DNA of 64,000 bases from Ramazzottius varieornatus (GCA_001949185.1 BDGG01000005.1:1787249-1851248), one strand, 5' to 3'; shown: positions 37,206-50,921, numbered from the stretch's first letter. The notes: generated by a model not told the origin, from the letters alone. Translations and numbers: made by a program.

Positions 37206-39491
37206 ATCTGGCGATGTCTCAGTTCACACTAGGTATGCAAGTAGAAATATTAGTGATTTAAGGGGAATATAGATATGGTTAATTTAAGACACTTGGGCAT
37301 ATTGGGATCGTCTGAGCCCATCGCCGTGTGAAATCGAGGCGGAAGTGACAACTTAGTGCACCAGCCTTCTGCCTGTTCTCCTGAGTTGCATTGGCCCCGT
37401 CAGCGAGCTCAGGGACCCCGCACAAATGAATTGGTTTGGTGGGGTTCGGAAATAGCGTTTATCTTTCGCTTTCAACAGAACTTAAAGTGGAATAGTAACG
37501 GTGGAGCTGTGAAGCCACTGCCTTTTAGCGTGTCTTCAAGGTTGCTGGATAGACTTTCCGGTAAGCGGTTGACGCGCCTAACTGGCTCAAACAGATTTGG
37601 TTTTACTTAATTATCCGGTTGACGGCATCTCCAACTCTTCATCAAACTTGATAATTTTGGGAACGGAGCAGTTAATGTCTGGCGATTATTGTTTAATAAG
37701 ATCTGGTCCAAATATTCCAAGACGAAAGTATTCCAGTGAGCGACTAATGGCCACATCGGTTCATCACAACAAAATCATTAGAATTCAATGCGGCGCACAG
37801 ACGGTAATTAATGTAACTTGATACAACTTCCATGAAGATGGCCAGCCAGGCGTGTGCCGGTATGTGTTCAGCCAAAACCAACTAGATGTAATCTAGGTGG
37901 TCTTGGTTCGGCTGACAAGTGGGTTCAACTGGATTTTCACAGATCGTCCGGAAATACCACCTCAAACAATTAACCGGCACCATACAGTGTACGCCTTTAC
38001 GGTATGTCTTACCTATGATGAGGATGACCATTTTTCCTTTCTAGTCCAAGAGAAAGACAAGAAAATCGTCCCCCCGACAGAGTCGTCCGACGACGACGTC
38101 ATTATTGAATCGGCATGTTGGGCTTCGCTGCTCGATAAAGTCTTCATCGTACAAGTAATTCACTAGGATTTACGTTTTCGTTTGTGTTTTGCAGGGACCA
38201 ACTAAGAGCAAAGCGAAAGTCAATAAGAAGCGCAAACGCACTTCTGAATGAAGTTCCGATGGCTCTCCGCAAGCTTCATCCAGCATGAGCTCTGACGACG
38301 CCCAGCTACCTGGGCCGTCACCCAAGGAGAAAAGTATCGGTAGGTCTCAGAAATTCTCGCAAGACAGAAACCCACTGGCAGACGTCCAAGGAACAGTCTA
38401 GCTACTCGAGCTGCCCGAAAAGCGCCGTCTAACGGTCCCAGCACTTCGCGCACAGTGACAGTGCACATGCCGAACAACCGAAAGTCCACTTCCTCTCAGC
38501 CGTCAGAGGACTCAGCCCGACTCGTCTCCTTCTCCCCCTCAGAGTCCCGAAATACCAGCTGCTAGTTGGGCCCGCAGTATCGTGGCCAAGAGCCAGCAAG
38601 TCGCCGTGAAGCCGGTTGACGCGTCGTCAGAACCACGTCGACTCGCTCGAAGTCGAGCTGGTGCGAGAGCGGTTGTGCCTCCAGTGGGTACCGATGATGG
38701 AGGAAGTAGTGCGATCTCGGACGGAGACCCAACTGTAAGTGGACCAACTTAGTTACCTTTGTACTTTTCTTTCCTTTCATTACCTTCCTTTTCATCAGTT
38801 TGACTTTTTCTAGTCGCAGGAATGCGAATCCTCTACCGACAAAACCTCTTCCGAAGAAGGCTGCGCCACGCAAACAAAGCAAGCCTTCCGTCGCAGCCAA
38901 GAAGACTCCAGCGGGGACCGACAAGACGAAGAAATATACGGCGGAGCTTCGTGGTCTCAAGTCAAAGAGGAAGAAGAAGGATTCCAGCGGTCCAAAGTCC
39001 CTCAAGACCACAGTCTCATCCCTCAACACGTCGGTATGGCTTCGGCATACTCTTCCGCTGCGGCTACCCTATTGTCCGCAAGTTGGTGATCGGGTTTATT
39101 ATTACCCGTGGATGCATAAGTTAGTCTACGAGTGTATCAAGAAGCGAAGACTGGCTACTCATAAGGGCGTCTCGGAGGAAGCGCAACAGCCGTGGTCTAC
39201 TCAGCAAAACCTTGGTTTCAATGTACGTAGATATCCACAGCTCTGTGTGGTATTGCTGCTAACCGATTGTCCTCGTAGACGGCAGACCACACCAAGGAAC
39301 TTTTCGTGGTCAGGTCGATCAAATACGAAATAATTACCCCTCGAATCAAGTCCTCGAACCGGCTGGCCATCTTGAAGCTGGATAGTCTGGAACGGACGCC
39401 ACAGATCTCCATTACAATTCAGTAAGCGAAAATGTTTCGTCCAATTCAAAATCTTAGAAACTAGGACGTCGGCATAAACGGCTTGGACGTC

Positions 39492-39560
39492 GCTTCTCCA
39501 AGTGGCGCACTTTTTCATGGAGACACAATGAAAACATGCGCCACTTGAGATAACGATCAT
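39492..39560. repeat. Palindromic intronic element copy 9 (plus-strand PHIP-like intron)
   Basis: CTCCAAGTGGCGCA-N27-TGCGCCACTTGAGATAACGATC. Confidence 0.85.
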
Positions 39561-41944
39561 GTTTTGTTCATTTGCCGGTTTCACAGTTAAGGATTCACTT
39601 TGAGTTGATTAGCAAGCATCAAACATGGTATCTCCTTTTCATTCCGCTTCATATTTTTAGTCTACTCTAATCCTTTAGTTTCCAGATTAGCCGAAACAGG
39701 ATATTTTTGTGATTTGTTCTTCTTCCCATAGTTATCAAGATGTTCCTGGCGAGGGCGTCTTTCTGGTGCCGAAGCAGTTGTACGACAAATGTGTGAAGAT
39801 GTACGACGCAGCAGATTCTGGCAAAAAACTGCTGAACAAACGTGCTCGTGTGATCTTTTGGAACCACGGTCGTCTCGTCCCTCGCTGAGATAACGGCTTC
39901 ATTAGCAATGTGGTGGACCCTCGTATCGCTTGGCAGTCTATCAAATTCACGTACGTAGTACTGTCCATCGTTTTCTCCGCACTTTCGACCATCTAGTCCA
40001 TCCCCTACATTTCGAAAATTAGTTCGTGTCATGTCACTCTTGAGAGTTTTCTTCTAGATGGGAGACCAGCGCTGTAGGGCCGGACAAGCTGAGTTCGTGG
40101 TTCTCCAGCTGGGAGGTGTTTTTGGTCAGTAGTGATTTCCCCCTCTTTATCGTACTTCCCACGGTTGTTTCTCTTGTGTAGAATCGGTAGAGGATATCTG
40201 TCTGTAGCACCCGAGCCACCCCACATCCGTCCTTGCGACCAAGGAGGACTTCGCGATGCATATGTCCTGGAGCCGGAAGACTGGGCTGATGAAGAACCGA
40301 GTGTCTTCACAGTCCGTGCTGGAGGAAATGTTGGACCCTGACTTGGGCATGGCCGCAGGCTTCAAGAAACTCGTGGACCTGGGCGACAAGTACCAGGAGA
40401 AAGTGGCCTATCCCGTGTACCTTGAACTAATCAAGCAACGCTTGGCCAACGGAGTTTACCGGTAAAGCACAATATTTTATTCACGCCTTTGACCAGTGCG
40501 ATACAGTACTACGTTATATGGTGTGACTTTGCAGGCGCAAAGAGGCGCTCATGTTTGACATCGAGCATTTGGCATCGACTGTCGAAGGTTGTGGAGGATT
40601 TACGAACGATGGCGTACGAGCTCGCATTGTTCAGAATGTTCTACTGGAAACCATCAGGTACAGTACGTCTTGCGACGCATATGTGAAAGACATGATGCAG
40701 CGTTGCGCTTGGTGAATCTGCGAAGTTACAGTATTACAGTATTCGCGAATTTCAGTCTGTTTTCTCTCTACGAAAATAGCTGACAGGGCCGTGCAGGGCA
40801 CCAGCTCGTTCGTGCTTTCCGGAAGTTTTGTAGAAAAAGGGCAGAACATGCTTTAAGACCGCATCATATAATTTGGCTTTGCAGAGATCAGAGTATCGTC
40901 GAGCTGTCGCCCGAGCTGATGAAGAAACACGAGGTCGCTCACGATGTCAAGCAGGTGAAAGTGGAGCAACAAGGTACGAAGATGTCATGGAGCAAGACCA
41001 AGAGTCCTCCGGCCAACCCATCAGTCTGCAGCAGCAGCTCTAGTCGACCGAAGGTTCCCGGCCAGGGTCCTCCAAGAAAAATGGCTCAACCTGGACTGCG
41101 AACTTTTGGTTGCTTTCATTGAAGATATCCATTCGCTATATGCATCATTCTGGCTCTTGAAGAGGAATACTTTTTCTTCAGTCGAGCCAAAGCTCAATGA
41201 CAAGTTCCTTAAGAAAAAGAAACATTTCACATTGAGTGACAAAATGAAGCGTCTCACTCAATGATCTAGACTGTGGTTCCTGACAGATTTCCTGTCAATG
41301 TTTTTTTGTAAAAGCAGAAAAATTTCATAGTTCGTTATAGTTTGGATAAGCTTTTGGTTCTTGAATGTTGTGTTTCGTGTTGTCTCTCGAAGAACTATTC
41401 CTTGTTTACGTTTTTGATGTCTCGCCGGAAGTGCCACTCATAATATTGGATCAACAATTTACGTGGCACGATACTTTGACACTTCGCCACCTGTATGCTC
41501 CATGGAATTACCGCTATTAGCTTTGGATATTTTGCAGGCCTCCAGTTGAACTTCCTCGTTCCGACGCGGTGAAAGTTTCGTCTGGCGCAGGTCTAGTACG
41601 GATGAGCTACAAGGTCTTTCGTATTCCGGCTGGAACACTCCGCTCTGCGCTTGGTTTCGCTCGCCGATTCGTCCACTAATTCGCCGAAGACAATGGATGC
41701 CCATGTGGGCTTCAGACAGCGACTTATTGAGTCGGATAGTTTTGTCGAATGTTTCACTCCGTGGAAAGTGCGGTCTTCGTTTGCCGTCATGTCCGCAGGA
41801 GCTCGCACTGCCATGCAGATGCGAGTCGTCATTAATATCTTCTTGATGATACTCTTTGCTGGTTGCTCCTTGGTACAAGCTAACGATCCGGACCCCGAAC
41901 TTTGGATGGTATCGCAAAATGAAACTTTTTTATCCTCCAAAAAA

Positions 41945-42060
41945 CGGCAAACAGACTCATCGAGATCGTTTTCCAAAGTGGCGCATGTCCTCAGTAATAT
42001 TAACTTGAAGCTTGCGCCACTTGGTAAAACGATTTGGTTGAGTTTGTTTGCCGATCTCCC
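41945..42060. repeat. Palindromic element copy 10
   Basis: CGGCAAACAGACTC..GATCGTTTTCCAAAGTGGCGCA-N27-TGCGCCACTTGGTAAAACGAT..TTTGTTTGCCGATCTCCC. Confidence 0.88.
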
Positions 42061-44257
42061 ATTTGGCACTATTCTGCAGGAAGTAACGTTCTGGTTTTCG
42101 CAGCCTGTGTATATCGCACCTTGCATTCTTTGTGCCATCGATATGCTATCTAGTTGGACTTTCGGTATTCGGGGTATTAATTCACGTACCTCTTCTGGAA
42201 ACCCAAAGAGTTTGAAACGAATGTGCTATTACAGAGACTATAATGCGCTCAGTCCTTTCGTATTTGCACTTTGCCTTCTGTGCGAGTCTTGGGGTGGGCA
42301 CGGCGTACCACTTGGTCAAAGGAATGACCTCCATGTCCCAAGACTGCTGGAATGAATACCTGCGGTACTTATGGTGCTTGATTTTGTTACGATCCAAATG
42401 ATACTTCAGGTTCGATACTTTCGATTTTGTTTGCAGGGAGCTATCTGGCATTGGCCTTGTTGGCTTATGGTACTTCCATAGCGCGGTATCCCTACATCGT
42501 GGTCTGTGAGTAGTACCATGGTTATGGTAAAACACTGAGCAGCATTTCTAACTTAAGAAATTTTGTCAGCAATTCTCGGCGGAAGATTGAACTAGCTGGT
42601 GCCTATGCTCTTCTGAACATTGTGCTGATAACGGCGGCTTGGGCTTATTTTCCACACGCCACAATGGAGGCCATATGGGCCGTCAACACATCAACCTCAC
42701 TGCCGCTCCTTCGATCCTGAAAGAAGCCAGGAACCACTTCCCTCGGACTCTACAAGGAGTGCTTTGTTCGTCGATTTTAGCTAAATTTATATTTTCAGCA
42801 AGCATGCATAGTAAAGTATTTTGTGTTGGCGTGTGATCTGCACAATGATGTCAATAGCGAGTTCGCCGACCCATGTTCGGGTTAGGAGAATCGACGATGG
42901 GTTGTCCGCAAGTACTGCAGGGGATGTCAAAGGCTCGGGAGGAGTACATGAGCTTGACAGTTTCCGGGTTGTTCTTGGCGCGACAACTCTTTTCGGTGGA
43001 CCACGCGGACTGTCCCTCGCTGGGAAACACCTCTCGTCCGCTGTCACATTCGAATTGCTCGATGGGCGTCGTATGATCGAAATCGTTATCATCAACGCTG
43101 ACACGCAGATTGGCACCCTGAAGATATAGATCGGTTGTTCCTCGATATTAAAATATTAACACATATGCATAGACTGGTGGACGATCAAGTGAGCATACTC
43201 GGAACGTTCCTGTACAAACGTCTTTCGAGACAATCTTGTTGACGGCCGCACTGGAAGAGAAAATCTGATGGCTATAAATATGAAAACTATTGGAATGTCA
43301 CAGGCCAGCAAGGCCTTCACAGACCGGAAGTAGAGTTGGTTGCTGGTTTATACCTGTCCTTCTCGTCCGCTTCGAAGACCTTGGTCCATTGCTTCACGGG
43401 TTTCGATCCGGGCCACGGAGCATTGGGTTCGGTTCTAATCAATAGTTCAAACGGTTATGTCACACACAAGGACTTACAACAGCTATAGAAAAATCGTTGG
43501 CCGGTATCAAGTCGAACTGATACCGCTCTATGGCCGTCTTTTCTTCCGCGGAGGCATTCAAATCTTACGTGTCGATGGCAGCTTTGATGACAGGGTCGCA
43601 ACGTCGTCTACTTCCGGGATCGCATTTCTTCCCTGAAGCAAGGACTCCACCAGGGTTTTTGTAGTTGGTAAGACGGTACTCCACCCGGGTACAGTCAGCG
43701 GCAACCTGAAAAGCAGAAAAAGGTCAGGGATAATAAGACCTTTACAATCGAAGAGCCTTTTTCCGTACTCACCAGGGACAACAAAGTACACGCAACCAGG
43801 AAGCGAAGCATTCTCGAGGAGATGCCGCTGTCGCAGATCCACAATACGAAGACAAAGCTTGTGCGAATTGAAACTGGACGTTTTTGGAGTTGACTTAACT
43901 GGAAGGAGATAGTCTACCGTGGAAATTACAGCAGGATATTCTGCTGACATATCTGATACCATCTACTTCTTGGTGCAATCGCCAGTGAACTTTGTCCATC
44001 GCTCCATCGTCCGAAGCCGGGAATTCCTCTTATCGGTCGAATGTTCACTGCCTTGTTGACTGACTACATGTGCTGTGACAACGATAAGATAACTACACAG
44101 GCCACGGTAAATTACTGAAGAACAAAGGAGTTTGACCCAAGTCATATACATCCTTATTCCATGTTACTAGCTTCATAATCTTTGTGCTCGCATTGCTTTG
44201 TGTGTGTGTACAGTGACTGTCACCTATTGAAATTGAACACAGGGAATCAGCGAGAAG

Positions 44258-46094
44258 ATGGATCTATCTGCAGTCTCTTTCTCCATTGCGCTCTCTGTCT
44301 TGTGCAGTCTTATTAGTGTCATATCCTCTACATCCGGCAACAGCCAGCCAACAAAAGGCGGAGCGACTCCAACGCCAATTGTGGTCAGTTTTTGAGGCAT
44401 GTTACAAGGAATGCCTATGGATGCAGACTCTGTGCTGCGCCGTCGACAAATTCAGTCTTTTAATTTGAACCGAGTCCGATTCTTTAATTCTCTCGTAGAT
44501 GTGGCATGGAATGGGAGATTCCTGCTGCGCCCGCGGCATTGGAGGTATCCAGAAAATGATCGAAGCTAACATCAGCGGAGTATTCGTTCATTCCATTCAG
44601 ATAGGAAAAAACGAGGAAGAGGTTCGTGAATTCTTTGTCGGCTAAAGCGGCTCGGATGCATACAGCATGCAGCCTGTACGATATGCATTTTCAACAAGGA
44701 AGTGCTGCTCAACCGTCTTCTTGGTGGCAGGATTTCGCCAACTCGTACTTCATGCCGGTCAACACCCAAGTCGATACAGTATGCCAGAAACTATCTCAAA
44801 TCCCGGAACTCCAGAACGGGTACCACGCCATTGGCTTCTCTCAAGGTGGCCAGTTTTTGTAAGTAAAAACCAGGAGAGAGCCCATCCTCCATACACGAAC
44901 CACCTCGAGATAATTCCAGCAACTAGCCAACGGAAAAATCCTTCCTTGAAGGAGAGCGGTGGCCCAAAGATGTCCGAGTCCGCCCATGCGCAACTTAATT
45001 TCCGTCGGTGGCCAGCAACAAGGCGTTTTCGGTATATATAGTAATGAAAAACGTCCTTCTGTTTTACGTGTCTATCTTGTCTTTTTGGTGATGCTGTAGG
45101 TCTACCTCGATGTCCCGGAAGCGTTATCATTTGCCAGTACATCCGGAAGTAAATGGCCACTCTACGCCAGCTGTTCCCTCACCTGATCTCTGATTCCGTT
45201 TCAGATTGCTGGACCTGGGAGCGTACACCGAGTAAGCATTTTGCCAAGAGCTTATTTTTCCCTACACCAAATAGATCGATTTTCTTATCTATCTTTGAGA
45301 TGAAAATCCATCTTTATCATGCAAATAATATTTGCAGTTTCGTTCAAAACCGGTAAGCTGCCGCAGGAAGCTACTGTATATAGTAGCGGTCCCTGTCGAA
45401 GAGCCGTTTTCGAATGTCTCAGGCTGGTCCAAGCACAGTACTGGCATGACTCGCTGGTCGAAGACACCTACCGCCAAAAGAGTCTCTTCCTGGCCGATAT
45501 TAACAACGAGCGCCTCAAGAACCAAGACTACAAGACGAACCTTCAGAAGCTAGAAAACTTTGTGATGGTAAGGTGGTTCATGATGTATCCGCCGCCATAC
45601 CAGTAGTCACAAGGAATATCTGTAAACCGTGTGGCAGTAAAACAGTACTTCTGGTCCATCTCCGATGTTGTCTGAAACTTGTAGGTCCGCTTTCTGAAAG
45701 ATTCAATGGTATACCCGCTGGAATCTGAGGTGCGTACTGTACAGACAAGGTCGATTGAAGTTTTGAATGGCCGATGCTGCTTACGCTTTGCGGCTTTTCT
45801 GTACAGTGGTTCGGGTATTATTGTCCTGGGCAAGCTGAAACGATGTGCCACCTTCAAAACTCAACATTGTATACGGAGGTTCGTACCAGCATTTCCAGGC
45901 TTTACTGGTCCGTATACGGTACGGCCTGATAGTTGTAACCGGTAACAGTACCGATCGTGTTTCAGGACTGGCTTGGACTAAAGAAGATGGATGAGGCCGG
46001 CAAGCTGCATTTCTTGGCGGTCGACGGTGACCATTTGCAATTTTCCAAAGAGTGGTTCCTACAGTCGATCGTGGCTCCATTCTTGAGGCCATAG
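44258..46094 (+). CDS. PPT1: Palmitoyl-protein thioesterase 1, multi-exon
   Basis: Signal peptide, [63 protein letters not shown] and DGDHLQ. The Ser-Asp-His triad is present. Confidence 0.96.
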
Positions 46095-47025
46095 CGCTTA
46101 ACACTTTCAGCAAGATCGTTTCCATGTTTGCAGAATACTACCGTCCTCTTTGTGTATACATGAATTTTATTGGCTGGTACCGTATTGCGGAGGCTGGTCC
46201 AACCAATACGTAGTTTTCGAAATTTCAAAATTCGGATAATTGGCAGGCCATGAACGCGAAATCTCAAAAGGGAGAACTGGTCGTCTTGATTTTCTTCTGA
46301 CCGCACTGATGACTACAAAATTTATCCCAGGCTCGGCTTCGATAGATAAGACTGTCCCCAGTGCTCCAGTTTTTTTCTAATCGTAAGCGAATACCGAGCA
46401 CGTGTCTCGCGCGAAGAGACGAAACACCAAATTTCCCCAAAACCACCCGAAACCGTAGAAAAAATTTCCAGCTGCTGGAGTTTTGCTGACCGCTGGTCAT
46501 TAGTGTTGCTTTGGTGAGAAGACCGAGGTACATGCAAAGAAAAAGACCCAGACCCGAAAGACCAAAAGCTAAAACTGGGAGGTGAATAAAACTGAGTGAT
46601 TGTATACACAAAGAGGACCGTCGTACGCAGAGTGTTAATGATGACTTCCGATTGTTTCGTCATTCAGTACGGGCTGACACATACAGTGGTGCTGGACAAA
46701 ACATGTTGTGGTGACCTGATTCCCGTGTTGCATACCGAGGAAATTAGCGTTGCATCAACAGGAATAATTGCGGCCAAATTCCTGATTGACACCGAATCCT
46801 CTCATGTTACGTAACTTTCTTCTTCTTGTCCGTTCACCTTCCTATCCTTCAACCGAAACACATTTTTCAAGAAAACGATGCTTATGAAGACTAAATTTAA
46901 TGGTCTGCATGGTTTTCCGGTTTGAGCGATTTCATTGCCAAGTTCAATCGAACGGAGCGGAACCTCTGTCAGAGTGGGTTCTACTTTGCCTCTGGACTTC
47001 TTGAGAAAACGATCAATTCCACGGA

Positions 47026-48152
47026 ATGTCGGACAAGTCAACCAGCGGAAGCCAGCTGGACAAGGCCGTCGATCCGGACCGACCACTATGGCAGTACTTC
47101 TGGATAGCTGTGACCATGGCTCTCAGCCTGCTCGCCGCCCTCCTGTTCATCGTATTGCTGTTGGCTGTCGGAAGGAAGCGTAAGCTGCGAGCCGGAGCCG
47201 GCATTCTCATCAGCAACCTTCTGATTTCCGAGCTCCTCCTCACCGCCATTTTCTTTCCGCTATCGTCCATCGCTATATACCATAGTCTCGCTTACCCAAA
47301 AGACTATTTTCTTCTGAGCGATGCCGCACTCGATTTTGTTCGAATAAGTGTCATCTACTCGTTCCATTGGAACGGAGCGTTCCTCGCCTTGAACCGCTAC
47401 TGCGCGGTTCTTCATCCCCGCTTCTACCAAGACAAGTTCTCCAGCCGAAGATTACTTTTCGGACTGGTTGTATTGACATGGCTCATCGGGTTTACCATAG
47501 CGGTTCCCACCTACACGAAAAACGTGTTCGAGGATACTCTTTGGTACGAAGACCTTAGCCCTGACTATTCTAGCTCCAACAACAGCAGCTCGAAAGATCA
47601 TCGGAAGTCCTTGTCGTGCATAAGAAACACTTTTGGTGCATATATTCCGGCCGTTCTTATTGGCGCCATCTATTGCACACTATTCTGTCACATAGCTGTG
47701 CTCTACCGAGATGAAAGGCGACCTCCAGCTACTTCCGCATCCAGCTCGGCTTCTCCACCGACGGAAAGTCTCGTCCGTCAGCGTCGTTTGGCAGTAGCCA
47801 AGATGCTGTTCGTGTCGTACTGGTTCTTCGGTGTCTGCTTCATGACCACGCCAATCATATACTCCTTCTTTCCATCAACCTTCGTACGACCGGAAGTCCA
47901 GACTTGGACTCGTACGTTGGACGTCCTAGGACACACCTTCAACCCTGTAAGTAGACAAAAAGTCCGTCGACATTGTGGACGCCTAATGTAACGTGCCTTC
48001 TTTTGCAGATCATTTTTGTGGCGATGAATATGGACTATCAGCAAGCGGTCAAAGAAATATTGAAAGAGTTTCTGAATGTACAAGGCTTCTGGCTGGGTAC
48101 AGAGGCTGTTAACGAGAAGACTGTCATACCCGCAGCACCGGCTGACCAGTGA
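47026..48152 (+). CDS. Orphan class A (rhodopsin-like) GPCR, paralog 1 (intron 47947-48008)
   Basis: Seven hydrophobic segments with NLLISELL (TM2), ALNRYCAVLHP (TM3), AKMLFV..CF..P (TM6) and NP|IIFVAMNMDYQ (TM7/helix 8). Confidence 0.9.
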
Positions 48153-49160
48153 AGCTCTACGGTTTACTAATATTGCTTTCACATGAATCATTTTCCTGAT
48201 CAATTGCTGAATGTTTCGTAAAATGGGTAACTGTAATTCGGCAATGTACAGTATTCATAATGGCAATATACGCCCAGGTTCTACATATGCATCGGATTTC
48301 CTGTCGACTCCGCTCCATCGTCGCTCTGTGGTTGCGGTTAATTCGAGTGACGGTTAATGACGACTTCCGATTGTTACATCTTCAGACGCTGGTCAGGTGA
48401 TATTTCATCAAACTAACATGGTGACCCCTTTTCTAGCACGTAATCAGCCAACTTGTGTAACCTTTGAGAGGGATAATTACTTCCGATACTTGTCCTTTCG
48501 CGTTGCTCAACTTAATCATCCACGGACCTTAACCTTGGACGATTTAACTAACGCAGGAAAACTTCTAAGCGTCGAGGTCAATGGATGAAACGTTGACGTT
48601 TTCGGAGAGCATGTTGCATCGCGATGAGGAGCCATGTTTGCAAATATAACGTTCATACAGAGGAAAGGCGAGCAAACGTTGTTCATTGAGATGTTCATGT
48701 TTAAATCAGTGGCTAATTAGTCACTGATGATGTAATAAAGTAACAGATGGTTCAAGCCCGCAGAGCGTGGGTTGGCATCCTCTTCTTTCCCGAACCCTCG
48801 GTTGGGAAGTCTCTAACGTCCGTCGTGCACGTCCGTCGTGATAGGCCGAGAACCCCGTGCATATGGAATGGATTCAGCTGTCTGTTATTCGAGGCTTCTC
48901 TGACAGCGCGACCTTTCAAATGGTCAGGCACTCCTGATACATCAATGTTGTATTGACTGTCACGCTACATTACCGTTTCCGAACCAATTTACGGTGCGGA
49001 GACGGATAGAACTTCCGTATCCGGCAGCCTCTCCTGCTGACAACAAATACTGATGGTCGCTCATCGCGAGCTCGGCCCGAACGTTCGTGCACACGTATGC
49101 GCGAAGCTTAACAACTGACGGGCTTCTCCGAGCAAATCTTCTAGCCTGTATTATGAAACG

Positions 49161-50330
49161 ATGAATTGGGGCGAAATGCCGGGAAACTTGACCACTGGCA
49201 TTGAGGATAAAGCTGTAGATGTGAAGCGGCCACTGTGGCAGTATTTCTGGATAGCCGTGACAATCGCGCTGAGCGTACTGGGAGCCATCTTGTTTATCGT
49301 ATTGCTGTTGGCTGTCGGAAGGAAGCGTAAGCTGCGAGCAGGAGCCGGCATTCTCATCAGCAACCTTCTCGTGTCCGAGCTTCTCCTCACCGCCATTTTC
49401 TTTCCACTATCTTCCATCGCAATTTACTACAGTCTCACCGATTCGGAAAACGATTTCTTCGTGAACGATCTGGCGCTGAATCTAGTGCGCGTCATCATAA
49501 TCTACACTTTCCACTGGAATTCGCTCTTCTTAGCCGTGAATCGCTACTGCGCTGTTCTCCATCCGCGTTTCTACCAGCGACAGTTTGCCAGCCGGAGATT
49601 ACTTTTCGGCCTGGTTATCCTGTCATGGATCATCGGGTTGGCGATTACAATGCCCACGTACCTGAAAGCTGTCTCCGATGACAGCCGATTTTGGTTTGAA
49701 GACGACGGTTCCAGCATCTCCAATAACAGTACTCGCTCGAAAGCTGCCCGCAAGTCTCTGACTTTTATGAGAAACACAGTCGGTGCGTACATTCCGGCCG
49801 TCCTCATCGGTACTTTGTACATTACTGTCTTTTGTCGCATTACGGTCTTCTACAAGGGCAAGAAGCAATCGGGAGCCACTTCCCTGTCCTGCTCGGTCAG
49901 TCCTCCGACGGAAAGTGTCGTTCGGCAGCGTCGTTTGGTGGTGGCCAAGATGCTGTTCGTGTCGTACTGGTTCCTGACACTGTGCTTCATGACCACGCCC
50001 ATCACATATTCCTTCTTCCCCCTCACATTCTTACGCCCGGAAGTCCAGACTTGGACTCGTACGCTCGATGTACTGGGACACACCTCCAACCCTGTAAGTA
50101 CCGAACAGTTCGATCGAGTCGTCTGACCAGCGATATCAACCACTGCTCGTAGACTTTACTGAGCACTGCCTCCCTTGCAGATAATGTTTGTCGCCATGAA
50201 TATGGACTATCAACAAGCCGTGAAGGAAGTGCTGAAAGACGTTTTAGACTGGCGAGTTTCTTGCTCGGATCCGGAGACAGCTGTGGCCAACAATAAGACT
50301 ACCGTCCCCGCACCGCCAGTTGGCCCGTGA
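49161..50330 (+). CDS. Orphan class A GPCR, paralog 2 (intron 50094-50180)
   Basis: Close paralog of 47026-48152 with the same intron position. AVNRYCAVLHP and NP|IMFVAMNMDYQ. Confidence 0.9.
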
Positions 50331-50921
50331 AATTTGGTATAACGTTTTTGACCAGATTTCGTTAGACATTTGATTCGTGATAATTACGGTGTCAAGGTTT
50401 TTCCTTCCTTCAGTAGTTCACATCATCTTTCGAGGTTTTTTTATCGACCAAGAACGACATCGGAGATAACGCCGGAATCTGCAATGTGTAAACATGTTGC
50501 TTACTGTTTCCGCCTGGAAGCTACCGTCACTATTGCTTTTCGTACTAATTAAAACAAGCCATCAGGGAGGAAGCGCTTGATCAGCCGCTTTGGTTTCCGT
50601 ATCCTTGCTACAGTACCACGGCTACCATTCACGTATCATACTTCACATCAGTAACGTCAAGGCATACAATCCTGTCCTCCTCACGTCAAGGGCAATAACG
50701 TCAAGGACCCGGACAGATATTACTTCCTTATTATTGTCCCATCCCATTTCCTACACTAGCATGAGGCCACCCCTCTTTCCCACACAAACATTTGGGAACT
50801 CACATCTAGTTCCCTTCTCAGCAAGGTTCTTCCTTCGAATCCACCATTAACTTGGAACAGTCAGTTTCGTGAACAAGCAGTCCAATATCCCCCCCCGCCC
50901 CCCCAAGTGAGATCCATCAGC

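Larger units (their letters stand above)
36578..41122 (+). pseudogene. Degenerate PHIP/BRWD-like gene (cryptic Tudor region + bromodomain, no WD40)
   Basis: WLRHTLPLRLPYCPQVGDRVYYYP (PHIP has [23 protein letters not shown]), YQDVPGEGVFLV, FSSWE and KVAYPVYLELIKQRLANGVYR|RKEALMFDI. In-frame TGA at 39886-39888, a frameshift near 40310 and stops in the 38.2-kb exon. The 5' extent is uncertain. Confidence 0.7.
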
